Assembly: GCA_033763315.1 (NCBI GenBank)
Contig: JANRKS010000005.1
Location: 128,001-192,000, forward strand
Origin: Deltaproteobacteria bacterium
GTDB taxonomy: Bacteria; Myxococcota_A; Polyangia; Fen-1088
Direction of reading: 5' to 3'
DNA: 64,000 nucleotides
Numbering within the stretch: the first letter of the stretch is position 1; each line of letters begins with the position of its first letter. Shown here in pieces: positions 8,975 to 17,933 of the stretch. The position numbers were made by a program, and so were the translations under genes. A model generated the notes under the pieces. That model was not told the origin of the DNA and searched no databases. It saw nothing but the letters and a program-made list of their open reading frames with translations.

Positions 8975-10177
8975 GTGGATACCCCCCCACCCGAGCTTGC
9001 GTCGCAGCGGCGCCCTGTTGAACCTGCAAGCCCCGCCGCCAAGATTGTAGGGGCTGTGGCTTTGCTGATCTCGGGGGCCGCCGCATTCCTTCTGTATGCG
9101 AATGGTCGCGCACGTGGTTGGCCCTTACAGGTGAGCGTGGCCATCGCGGCTGTGGCGTTTGTGGCGCTTCCTGTGCTTTGGCATGTCCTGGCGGAGCGGC
9201 AGCGGCGCACCCGCGAAGGTGGCTTTGCACGTTTGTTGTGGCGCTGCTTTGCGGTGAACGCCTTGTTGGCAGCGAGTGCCGTCGCGAGTTTGGGCCCGCA
9301 AGGTGCGTGGACGCGCGTGAGCGATCATCTGCCCCGCCGAAGTGTGGCGCCAACGTCCGCCCCTGCCGCGCCGGCACTTCCCCCCACGCCGCCACCGCCT
9401 CCCGATAAACCCGTGGCCCCAGGTGATGGGCTTGAAGCTTTTGTTCCCGGCGACGCCACGTGGGCGTTGCGTGTGGCAGGCATCGAAGCGTTGCAAGGTT
9501 TCTTTGACGGCTCTGAGGCGCAGGAGCGTTTGGTCGCTTTGAAAAAGTGCCACATCGATCTTACGACAGCGGAAGTGGCTGTGGCCGCGCGCAAGCCGGG
9601 AGAGGTCATGGCGATTGTGCGCGCCGCGGGTATTTCTGATCAAGGCAACCTCTATTGCGTGGTGGGTGCATTGGGCAACGAACGGTTGGTGCTGCATTTC
9701 GACGCTGCGGCGCCGCGGCCCCGCTTTAGCGCCACAGGCTTGGTGCCCGATGCCACCGTGACGTTTGCCGAGATCGCTCCCAACACGCTGCTGATGGCCG
9801 CGCCCTCGTGGAGCACGCTGGTTGAACAGCGCTTTGCCGGCAAGGGCACACCGTTGCGAGAAGGGGTTTTGGCGGAGCCGTTCTCGCGTGTGGATCGAAA
9901 AGCCGGCGTATGGGCGGTAAGTGTTGCGGAGACCCCTGACGGGCCGCGCGACATCGCGATGCAGGCCAACATGGTGGGAGGCGGCCTCAACGTGCATGCC
10001 ACAGCCGTGCCGCCCGCGGGGCGAGATCACATGGCAAAGTTGGAACTGACATTGCCGTTGGCGTTTGTGCGGGCGGTTTCGCAAAAAGCTTTGTGGCAAG
10101 GCGCCAAAGGCGTGTGGGACGCTTTGGCTGCCGATGCCAGTGGTCCACCGGCGCCCGTACCGCCCGCGGCGCGCTGA
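8975..10177 (+). CDS. Hypothetical membrane protein (about 3 TM helices, Pro-rich linker, extracytoplasmic domain)
   Basis: Long ORF with hydrophobic N-terminal helices and a PPTPPPPP linker. Confidence 0.65.
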   Translation: MDTPPPELASQRRPVEPASPAAKIVGAVALLISGAAAFLLYANGRARGWPLQVSVAIAAVAFVALPVLWHVLAERQRRTREGGFARLLWRCFAVNALLAASAVASLGPQGAWTRVSDHLPRRSVAPTSAPAAPALPPTPPPPPDKPVAPGDGLEAFVPGDATWALRVAGIEALQGFFDGSEAQERLVALKKCHIDLTTAEVAVAARKPGEVMAIVRAAGISDQGNLYCVVGALGNERLVLHFDAAAPRPRFSATGLVPDATVTFAEIAPNTLLMAAPSWSTLVEQRFAGKGTPLREGVLAEPFSRVDRKAGVWAVSVAETPDGPRDIAMQANMVGGGLNVHATAVPPAGRDHMAKLELTLPLAFVRAVSQKALWQGAKGVWDALAADASGPPAPVPPAAR

Positions 10178-10201
10178 AAATGCAGGCTCCGTTGAGGTCG
10201 T

Positions 10202-11071
10202 ATGAGCGATCTACACAAACTTGTGGAGGCAGCGCTTGGCGCGAAAGTGTTGACGACGTCTGCCGTCGCGGGTGGAGACATCAACAGCGCGTGGCGCTTT
10301 GCTTTGCAAAGTGATGCACGTGGCCGCTTTGACGTATTTGTGAAGGCCAACGCCTCTGCACCCTCTGGGATGTTTGAGGCCGAAGCGAGCGGACTCGCCT
10401 TTCTTGCCGAAGCCGCGGCCTTGCGCACGCCGCACGTGCTGGCCGTGGGCGAATCGTTTTTGGCGCTAGAGTGGATCGAAGGCGGCCCACGCGCGCGCGA
10501 CTTCGATGATCGCTTGGGGCGAGGCTTGGCTGCCCTTCATCGTTCGAGCCCCGGCGGCTTCGGATTGGATCACAACAACTTCATTGGTCGCCTCCCGCAG
10601 AACAACGCGCCGGCCACAAGCAACGAGTGGGCGGTGTTTTATGCCGAACGGCGCTTGCAGCCGCAAACGGAACGCGCCGTGGACGCCCATCACCTGCCCG
10701 CTTCATGTGCCGCACGCATCGAACGGTTGTGCGCACGTCTAGCTGACCTTGTGGGCCCGCCTGAAACGCCCGCACGTTTGCACGGCGATCTGTGGGCTGG
10801 CAATCATGTGGCCGACGGCGAAGGGTTGCCCGTTTTGATCGATCCGGCCGCCTACGCCGGCCACCGTGAAGTTGACTTGGCCATGATGCGCTTGTTCGGC
10901 GGTTACAACGCACGCGTGTTTGCAGCCTACAACGAGGCTTATCCACTGGCGCCGGGCCATGAGCGGCGCGTTCCGCTTTATCAGCTTTACTACCTGCTTG
11001 TGCACGTGAATTTGTTCGGAGCCGCCTATCGCAGCGGTGTGGAATCGTCGCTTACATCACTGGGCTTTTGA
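10202..11071 (+). CDS. Fructosamine kinase family protein
   Basis: GGDIN, FVK, FEAEASGL, LHGDLWAGN, IDPAAYAGHREVDLAM. Confidence 0.92.
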   Translation: MSDLHKLVEAALGAKVLTTSAVAGGDINSAWRFALQSDARGRFDVFVKANASAPSGMFEAEASGLAFLAEAAALRTPHVLAVGESFLALEWIEGGPRARDFDDRLGRGLAALHRSSPGGFGLDHNNFIGRLPQNNAPATSNEWAVFYAERRLQPQTERAVDAHHLPASCAARIERLCARLADLVGPPETPARLHGDLWAGNHVADGEGLPVLIDPAAYAGHREVDLAMMRLFGGYNARVFAAYNEAYPLAPGHERRVPLYQLYYLLVHVNLFGAAYRSGVESSLTSLGF

Positions 11072-11630
11072 TGGCATCCGCAATTTCGCGCGCCACAGCC
11101 TTCACGCGGCGCAAGCGGTTGTAGATCGTGCGGCGGTTGCATCCAAGCTCATCGGCCACGGCCGATTGCGGTTCAAGATCCAGCAGGCAGCGATCGGCCA
11201 GGTCAACGTCTGGATCGCCGCAGCGAACACGCAAGGCCTTCACAAACTGGCGCGCCACACATGCCGTTTCAGCGTCAAGCGCACCTGCGTCAACAACCAC
11301 ATCTGGCATCGACGTTAAACGTAAATTCGATCGCAGAATGTTCAAAGACACGTTGTGTGCCACCCGCATCATGTACTTGCGCGCGTCGTCTTCAGAATGA
11401 AACCTGGTGCCTTGCCTCATGGTGCGCAGGAACACATCTTGGGTGGCGTCCTGAGCCGCGTGAGGAGACAGCAGAATTTGATAGCAGCGTGCCAGCAGAC
11501 TTGGCCGCAGCTTGCGGTAGATCTCCTCCATACCCAGCTCGTCTTGCGTTGCACCTCGGCCGTGCAGCGGCACGGGAGTCGCTGCAACGTCTTGTCCCAC
11601 AGCCTGTTCGTCTAGATGGGTTTCCTGCAC
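11052..11630 (-). CDS. ECF sigma factor (orphan)
   Basis: AQDATQDVFLR region 2; VADELGCNRRTIYNRL region 4 HTH. Confidence 0.75.
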   Translation of the reverse strand: MQETHLDEQAVGQDVAATPVPLHGRGATQDELGMEEIYRKLRPSLLARCYQILLSPHAAQDATQDVFLRTMRQGTRFHSEDDARKYMMRVAHNVSLNILRSNLRLTSMPDVVVDAGALDAETACVARQFVKALRVRCGDPDVDLADRCLLDLEPQSAVADELGCNRRTIYNRLRRVKAVAREIADAIKSPVM

Positions 11631-11638
11631 CAGCTCGG

Positions 11639-11667
11639 TTAGAGGTGGGCGGTTGAACGGTTCTTCC
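11639..11667 (-). promoter_or_regulatory. Putative ECF-type promoter GGAAGA-N17-CTCTAA, 8 nt before the GTG start
   Basis: Minus strand reads ggaagaaccgttcaaccgcccacctctaaccgagctgGTG. Confidence 0.4.
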
Positions 11668-11711
11668 CGGCAAATGCAAATGCGTCTCCGGGGCCGGGTG
11701 CCTCGCGGCGC

Positions 11712-12230
11712 CTAAAAGAAGTAATAACGCAGAGCTGCTTCGATGTTGAAGGCCACACCGCCTCCGCGTTCGACCGTGGTGAAGCCATCGGTGGCCGTGA
11801 TCTTGCCTAGGTAGCTCGCGCCGGCGCCAACGTTGATCGCGATGCCACTCGACCAGATCCATTCCCACCCAGCGTTCAGTACGGCCCCGTAGGCGGCGGC
11901 TGTGACGTCGTTCAAACGCACGTGGGCGTAAAGCGGCCCGGCGCTTAGATAAGGCGATGAGCCGGGCGCTCGAAAGCGATATTGGACGAATGGCAGAACC
12001 CCGTAGCCCGTGTATTTGTCGCCCAACTCGCTCGTGTCGCTGAAGTAGTTCGCTTGCAGGCCAAGGCTCAGGTGTTCTCCCACGCCGAGCACAGCATCCG
12101 CGCCTAAAAAGCCAAGCCCGTTGCCGATCTTGTAGCCGACGCCCAAAGTGTGCGGCGCTTCGGCTGCCGCGGCAGCGGATGCCCACAGTAGTCCCACGCA
12201 AGCAACGGCAATTCTAAGTGTTTTCGTCAT
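11712..12230 (-). CDS. Small outer-membrane beta-barrel protein
   Basis: Signal peptide MTKTLRIAVACVGLLWASAAAAA, amphipathic strands, C-terminal RYYFF beta-signal. Confidence 0.7.
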   Translation of the reverse strand: MTKTLRIAVACVGLLWASAAAAAEAPHTLGVGYKIGNGLGFLGADAVLGVGEHLSLGLQANYFSDTSELGDKYTGYGVLPFVQYRFRAPGSSPYLSAGPLYAHVRLNDVTAAAYGAVLNAGWEWIWSSGIAINVGAGASYLGKITATDGFTTVERGGGVAFNIEAALRYYFF

Positions 12231-12243
12231 GCATCCACCCGCA

Positions 12244-12258
12244 GCAACGCTTGTGCCA
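12244..12258 (-). promoter_or_regulatory. Sigma54 (-24/-12) promoter
   Basis: Minus strand TGGCAC-AAGCG-TTGC, an exact match to TGGCAC-N5-TTGC, upstream of the beta-barrel gene. Confidence 0.75.
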
Positions 12259-12395
12259 AGGCGTTTCTCCCTGGGATCACGGGGCACTCTCGGTGAGAAG
12301 CAGGTCGAAAGCAAGGCAACGATGTCGCGTTTTTGGCCCGCTGAGTTCAGCGGCGGTGTGGGGCTGCCGATGATCTCCTCCCAGCCCTTGCCGCC

Positions 12396-13679
12396 ATGAC
12401 CTTCGCACCTGAGCCCAGCGCCACGATCAAAGGCAAAGTCCTGGTGGTCGACGACCAAAAGAGCCTGGCGCTTCTAGCCGAGCAGGTGATTCGTGCTGAA
12501 ACCGGCTTTGATGTCGTGTTGGCCCACTCGGCGGCGCAGATGCGCGAGGCCCTTCGCACCGCCGGCCCTTTTACTGCAGCGGTCGTGGACTTGATCTTGC
12601 CCGACGCAAGCCAGGGGGAGCACGTGCGCGAGGCGGTGGTGCTGGGCGTGCCCACTGTGGTGCTCACGGGTAGCTTCGATCCTTCGTTTCGCACCCGCCT
12701 GCTGAACCAAGGCGTGGCAGATTATGTGCTTAAGGCGAATGCCAACGCCTATGTGGAGGTGGCCACACTTGTGCAGCGCTTGGCGCGCAACCGCACTTGC
12801 CCCTTGCTTGTTGTGGACGATCAGCGCACGAGTCGTGAGCTGTTCTCAGCCGTGCTCAAGCGACGTTGTTTCGACGTCACAACCGCTGGATCTTTGGGCG
12901 AGGCGTTGACCCTCGTGGCAGAGCGAAGTTTTCGCATCGTCTTGGTCGATTATGTGCTGCCTGATGGAACCGGCGTGGACCTGGTTGAGAAGCTGCGCCG
13001 AACTTATCCTAAGCGCGATCTGTCGATCATCGGCATTTCGTCGAGTGACGGATCCACCTTGGGCGTGAGGTTCTTGAAAGCCGGTGCCAACGATTTTCTG
13101 CGCTTGCCCTTTTTGGATGAAGAGCTTGTGTGCCGGGTGGAGCAGAACGCCGAGCTTGTTGAAACGATCCAACAGTTTAGGGACGCGGCGCTGCGGGACT
13201 ATCTGACGGGCCTTTACAACCGCCGGTACTTTTTCGAGGCCGGCGGCTTGTTGATTGAGAACGCACGACGACGCAACCTTTCGCTTTCGTGTGCCGTGTT
13301 TGACATTGATCGGTTCAAACAGATCAACGACACGTTGGGGCACGATGCAGGTGATATGGCCTTGAGGCACGTGGCAGGCGTGTTGAAGCAAAACCTGCGC
13401 GGCGCGGACTTGCTGGCGCGTTTAGGTGGCGAAGAATTCGTGGCCTTGTTTGTGAACACCGATCTGCAGGGCGCGCGCATGTGTGCCGAAAAATTGCGCT
13501 TGGCCGTGCAAAACTCCCCTGTTACGGCATGCAATCCTGCGGTCAACGTTACGCTGAGTGCCGGTGTGGCGGGTGGCGCCGATAGTTTGGAGGGCATGGT
13601 TCGACGCGCCGACGAAGCTTTGTATGCCGCGAAAGCGCAGGGACGCAACCGCGTGTGCGTGTCGCAAGCGACCACCTAG
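12396..13679 (+). CDS. Diguanylate cyclase response regulator (REC-REC-GGDEF, PleD-like)
   Basis: Two receiver domains (VVDD..DLILP; VVDD..DYVLP); DYLTGLYNRR; RxxD I-site followed by GGEEF. Confidence 0.92.
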   Translation: MTFAPEPSATIKGKVLVVDDQKSLALLAEQVIRAETGFDVVLAHSAAQMREALRTAGPFTAAVVDLILPDASQGEHVREAVVLGVPTVVLTGSFDPSFRTRLLNQGVADYVLKANANAYVEVATLVQRLARNRTCPLLVVDDQRTSRELFSAVLKRRCFDVTTAGSLGEALTLVAERSFRIVLVDYVLPDGTGVDLVEKLRRTYPKRDLSIIGISSSDGSTLGVRFLKAGANDFLRLPFLDEELVCRVEQNAELVETIQQFRDAALRDYLTGLYNRRYFFEAGGLLIENARRRNLSLSCAVFDIDRFKQINDTLGHDAGDMALRHVAGVLKQNLRGADLLARLGGEEFVALFVNTDLQGARMCAEKLRLAVQNSPVTACNPAVNVTLSAGVAGGADSLEGMVRRADEALYAAKAQGRNRVCVSQATT

Positions 13680-14164
13680 GAACGCCGTTTTTCGCGGGTC
13701 ATCTCGATCATCGTGCGGCGAAAGCCGAGTCGCAAGAAGAGCTGCTGCGCCGACCGGTTGTTCTCAGCGGTCCACAACATGACGCGTGGGGCGCCTTGGT
13801 CTTCAAGCCACTGCGCCGCGGCCTCGACCAATCGTGATCCGAGGCCCTGGCCGTCGAAAGCATCATCCACAACCACATCGTGGATGAACCCCGCCTCATC
13901 GCGAAGTTCCTTCCACGATTGTGGCTCAATGCCGGCATAAACATAACCAACCACCCGCTCTTCGGCGGCCGTGGCCACGAGCACCACCACGGTTGGCACT
14001 TGCAGTTGCGTGCCGAGAAACCAAGCATAGCCCTGTTCAATGTCGTCGCCCGGTTTCATGAAGCGTTGCTGATCAAACCCGTGGTGCGCTTTAACCAGGC
14101 GGGCGCCTAAGCGTCCCAAGACGGGCAAGTCAGCGGCGGTGGCCGGGCGAATGTGAAACGACAT
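13676..14164 (-). CDS. GNAT family N-acetyltransferase
   Basis: IRPATAADL, FDGQGLGSRL, NRSAQQLFLRLGF. Confidence 0.88.
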   Translation of the reverse strand: MSFHIRPATAADLPVLGRLGARLVKAHHGFDQQRFMKPGDDIEQGYAWFLGTQLQVPTVVVLVATAAEERVVGYVYAGIEPQSWKELRDEAGFIHDVVVDDAFDGQGLGSRLVEAAAQWLEDQGAPRVMLWTAENNRSAQQLFLRLGFRRTMIEMTREKRRS

Positions 14165-14323
14165 CAAGGGAGCATGGCGCAAGACCGCCCGAGCTGCACG
14201 CTGACTGAAGGTAAGGGCATAGAGCAGCGCAAAGGGCGGCAACGTTTGGGTGCCCGTCGACGATCGCCGCTGAACGATTCGGTGACTCGTAAATGTGTGC
14301 CACTTCGCCTAAAGTGCGCGTCC

Positions 14324-15355
14324 ATGAAGATGGCGCTCCAACCCATTCGTTTGATCTTTCTCCTGGGCTTAGGCAGTTGCGCGACGCGGGCGGCAGCCCC
14401 CGTGACGCCAGCTGAGGTACCGCTTGTGCCGGCGGCTGCGTGGGAGGTGGTGCCCACGACGGGGCCTGCGCAAGAGCGCCACGAGTGTTCCTTCGTGCAA
14501 AGCGGCGGCAAATTCTATCTGCTGGGCGGACGCGGTGATCGTGCCGTCAACGTGCTTGATCCCAAGACCGGCCAATGGACGCGCGGTGCTGCGGCACCGC
14601 AAGAGCTGCATCATTTTCAAGCCGTCGCCTTTGCGGGCAAGTTGGTGGTGGCGGGCGCGCTGACGGGTGGCTATCCCGCAGAACGGCCAGTGCCCAATCT
14701 GTTTATCTACGATCCTGCCGTGGACCAATGGACGCGCGGCCCGGAGATTCCGCAAGGGCGACGTCGTGGTGCGGCCGGTCTGGTGGCCTACAAAGACAGC
14801 CTGTGGCTTTTGGGTGGTCTCACAGAAGGCCACAACGGCGGCTTCGTCCCCTGGTTTGATGCGTTCGATCCCAAAACCGAGCGTTGGCAGATCATGCCCG
14901 ACGCACCTCGCCCGCGCGATCACTTTGGGGCCGTGGTTGTTGACGATCAATTGGTGGCGGCGGGTGGCCGCACGTCATCGGCGCGCACGAACCAAGTGCT
15001 TGAGTTGACCATTGCCGAGGTCGATGTGTTCGATTTTGCGTCTGGCCAGTGGCGCACCTTGCCGGTGCCGCAAGCCGCATTGCCAACCTTGCGTGCGGGA
15101 ACGCTGGCGGTGCCGCTCGACCACGGTGTGGTGGTGCTGGGGGGCGAAAGTGCAGGACAGGAGCTTGCACACAATGAGGTGCAAGCGTTGGATCTGCGTG
15201 CCGGCACCTGGCGTTCATTGCCAGCTTTAAACAAAGGGCGCCACGGCACCGGTGCTGCCTGGTTGGGCAACACGCTCTACGTTGCCGCGGGCAGCGCGCA
15301 CAAAGGCGGCGGCCCCGAGACGATCGACGTTGAACGGCTCCTGTTCACGCGTTGA
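14324..15355 (+). CDS. Kelch-repeat lipoprotein
   Basis: Lipobox LGSC; repeated YLLGG..D..W kelch blades. Confidence 0.85.
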   Translation: MKMALQPIRLIFLLGLGSCATRAAAPVTPAEVPLVPAAAWEVVPTTGPAQERHECSFVQSGGKFYLLGGRGDRAVNVLDPKTGQWTRGAAAPQELHHFQAVAFAGKLVVAGALTGGYPAERPVPNLFIYDPAVDQWTRGPEIPQGRRRGAAGLVAYKDSLWLLGGLTEGHNGGFVPWFDAFDPKTERWQIMPDAPRPRDHFGAVVVDDQLVAAGGRTSSARTNQVLELTIAEVDVFDFASGQWRTLPVPQAALPTLRAGTLAVPLDHGVVVLGGESAGQELAHNEVQALDLRAGTWRSLPALNKGRHGTGAAWLGNTLYVAAGSAHKGGGPETIDVERLLFTR

Positions 15356-15359
15356 AGCG

Positions 15360-16307
15360 TTACAGCTGGTCACGGTGCGGAACGATGATCTCGACACGCC
15401 GGTTGTTGGCGCGGCCTTCGGCGGTCATATTCGACGCCACTGGTTGCGACTCGCCTTTGCCTACGGCGACCAGCGATGCGGCAGGAACGCCGCTTTCAAT
15501 TAAGAACACACGAACGGCTTCGGCACGTGCCTGTGAAAGTTGTTGGTTGGCGCCATCGGCGCCTCGATCGTCCGTGTGACCTTCGACCATGATCGGATCG
15601 GTTGAGGAATAGCCTCGCAACGCATCGCCGAGCGGCGACATGCGAGCGCGAGCCGAGCCGAGCAGTGCGCTCTTTCCCGATTCGAACAAAACGCCGCCTG
15701 CGAAGGTGATCACGAGCCTATCATGATCTTCTTTGACCGCCGCCAATGCTTGTAGGCTCGTCAGGGCCGCCTTCGCCTTGGCGTCTGCTTCGATGCGTGC
15801 CTTCTTTTCGTTCTCAAGCGCGGCATTCTTGTCGTTGAGATCTTTGTTGGCGGCATCGAGATTCATTTTGCTTTGCTCGGCCGTCAGCGCGCTTTGTTCT
15901 AGCTTGCCTTGCGCCTGCACAAGTTGAAGGTCTTTGGTCGTGTTCTGCTGCTTGAGCTGGGCAGAGCGCGTTTCCAGCGATTCTGTGTAGGCCTCGTTGC
16001 TGGCCTTTTGCTCGCCACGCGATGTCTCTGCGCTGCCGTGTGCAATCGCGGTGAGCGCTTTGCGGTGGGCAAGGTAGGCGTAATGCAGTTCCATCTCCGA
16101 GCGCGGATCATCTTTGTGTGCGGCTTCGGCTTGGGCCAACAGCTTCTGCGCGGCGTAGAGATCTTTAGGTGCGTTTTTGCTGGTGGGCGCCGCCTCGGCC
16201 GAATGGACCGCCTGGCGCGCTTGCGTAAGTTGGGTTGAAGGCTGGGTGGAAGCGCAGGCGCTGGTAAGAGCAAGACCGCCAACAAGAAACATCTTCTGAG
16301 TAAGCAT
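15360..16307 (-). CDS. DUF4398 + coiled coil + OmpA-like peptidoglycan-binding lipoprotein
   Basis: Lipobox TSAC; VLFESGKS, EGHTDDRG..NQQLSQARAEAV, NRRVEI. Confidence 0.9.
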   Translation of the reverse strand: MLTQKMFLVGGLALTSACASTQPSTQLTQARQAVHSAEAAPTSKNAPKDLYAAQKLLAQAEAAHKDDPRSEMELHYAYLAHRKALTAIAHGSAETSRGEQKASNEAYTESLETRSAQLKQQNTTKDLQLVQAQGKLEQSALTAEQSKMNLDAANKDLNDKNAALENEKKARIEADAKAKAALTSLQALAAVKEDHDRLVITFAGGVLFESGKSALLGSARARMSPLGDALRGYSSTDPIMVEGHTDDRGADGANQQLSQARAEAVRVFLIESGVPAASLVAVGKGESQPVASNMTAEGRANNRRVEIIVPHRDQL

Positions 16308-16317
16308 TTTGATAAGT

Positions 16318-16689
16318 TCAGATCCCCTTTTGCATTTGTTCGAGGCGTTTTGCCGTCTCTTCAGCCACGACACGTTCGTCGTCGGCCTTGGCTAGCGCGA
16401 TCGCCAGCTCTGCGTCGGCGCGCGCTCGATCAAGCGTCAACTCGGCCTGCTTTTGCTCGCCGTCCTTCATTAGCTTTTCAGCTCTCGCGATCTGTTGTTT
16501 TGCGAGATCTAGGTAGAGGGCGGACCGCGGTAGACCTTCGGCGCCCACTTCTTCCGCGGCACGCACAGCCGCTTTGCTGTCGGTTTCCTTTTGCACTGGT
16601 TGCTCACCTGCACAGGCAAAAGCCGCAAATGGGAGGGTAAGCACAAGCAGGCTCAGCAATAGAGGTCTTCTAGGTCGCATTTCGTTCAT
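16318..16689 (-). CDS. DUF4398 lipoprotein
   Basis: AAVRAAEEVGA..ARADAELAIALA; usual partner upstream of DUF4398-OmpA. Start is 16689 or 16680. Confidence 0.8.
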   Translation of the reverse strand: MNEMRPRRPLLLSLLVLTLPFAAFACAGEQPVQKETDSKAAVRAAEEVGAEGLPRSALYLDLAKQQIARAEKLMKDGEQKQAELTLDRARADAELAIALAKADDERVVAEETAKRLEQMQKGI

Positions 16690-16705
16690 TTGCGCTTCTG
16701 CCAAC

Positions 16706-16720
16706 GCACGAACGGTGCCA
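16706..16720 (-). promoter_or_regulatory. Sigma54-like promoter for the DUF4398-OmpA operon
   Basis: Minus strand TGGCAC-CGTTC-GTGC; correct GG..GC spacing with one mismatch. Confidence 0.55.
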
Positions 16721-16841
16721 CTTCAAATAATCCTGTGCCCCAGGCCCCACTGGCACGATCGAGGAACGTCGGTATGTAGGCGTACCCTGGGGGACCCGTG
16801 AGGGGGTGATAAGGGTACGCGGCGTCGTCGCAGGATTTCTT

Positions 16842-17882
16842 TTATCCGGCGCTGCGCGCGCAGCGAAAGCCAAGGTGCGAAGCGCCCGTGTCTGGGGCGC
16901 CTTTGCCGCGGGCGCCGACCACGTAGCGAACGCAGTAAAGATCACTGCACAAAAATGATCCGCCGCGCATCACCCGTTTGACCACCCCTGGTTCGCCAGG
17001 ATCGTGGCTTTGGGTCGGGCCTAAGGGATTCCTTGTGGGGCTTTCGGCATAGTAGCTCGGGTGATAAAGGTCAGCCGTCCATTCCCATACGTTGCCGGCC
17101 ACATCGTGAAGGCCATAACCGTTTGGTGCGTAACTGCCCACGGGCGCCGTGCGTGTGAATCCATCTTCCGCTGCGTTTTGCGCTGGAAAGTCGCCTTGCC
17201 ACACGTTTGCCATCCACTTGTTGGCGGGCTTTTCTTCGTCTCCCCATGCAAATCGTTTGCGGTCGAGGCCGCCGCGCGCGGCGTATTCCCACTCGGCTTC
17301 CGTGGGCAGACGTTTGCCCTTCCACGCACAAAAGGCGGTGGCATCTGTCCACGCCACATGAACGACCGGGTGATGAGCGCGGTCGTTGATGTGGCTGTCT
17401 GGGCCATCGGGGTGACGCCAGCTTACGCCGGCCTTATACGTCCACCATTGGCTCGGATCTTCAAGAGACACATGATGATCGGGCGGCGAGAAGGTCACCG
17501 AGCCAGCCACGAGGGCCTCGGGCGGCGCTTGTGGAAAATCGCTGGCGCGAGGCGCGTGTTCGGCAACGGTCTTGAAGTTCGTGGCGCGCACAAACGTCTC
17601 GAATGCCGCGTTTGTTACTTCGGTGGTGTCGATCCAGAAACCGTCGAGCGTCACTGAATGAACCGGTCGTGCATCGACGAACATTGGATCATCCGTTCCC
17701 ATGAAGAAGCTGCCGGGAGCGATCCAAGCCATTCCCTCGGGCCCATGGGCCGGCGCTTGCGGTGTTGTTTTTGGTGGCGCCGCCGCGGGAGCGAGCTCCG
17801 CCTTCTTGCAGCCACTGGCCAAAGCGTTTGCCAGCACCAACGTCACGGCCGCGCGCTTCATACCGATTCGTTGTTTCAACAC
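16842..17882 (-). CDS. Formylglycine-generating enzyme (SUMF1/FGE) family lipoprotein
   Basis: RLPTEAEWEYAARGG, GNVWEW, RGGSFLCSDLYCVRY (both catalytic Cys), HLGFRC; lipobox ASGC. Confidence 0.9.
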   Translation of the reverse strand: MLKQRIGMKRAAVTLVLANALASGCKKAELAPAAAPPKTTPQAPAHGPEGMAWIAPGSFFMGTDDPMFVDARPVHSVTLDGFWIDTTEVTNAAFETFVRATNFKTVAEHAPRASDFPQAPPEALVAGSVTFSPPDHHVSLEDPSQWWTYKAGVSWRHPDGPDSHINDRAHHPVVHVAWTDATAFCAWKGKRLPTEAEWEYAARGGLDRKRFAWGDEEKPANKWMANVWQGDFPAQNAAEDGFTRTAPVGSYAPNGYGLHDVAGNVWEWTADLYHPSYYAESPTRNPLGPTQSHDPGEPGVVKRVMRGGSFLCSDLYCVRYVVGARGKGAPDTGASHLGFRCARSAG

Positions 17883-17933
17883 CGAAAAATCATACACCAA
17901 CGCGCCAGGCGCGGCCACGTAAGCGGCATGCGC

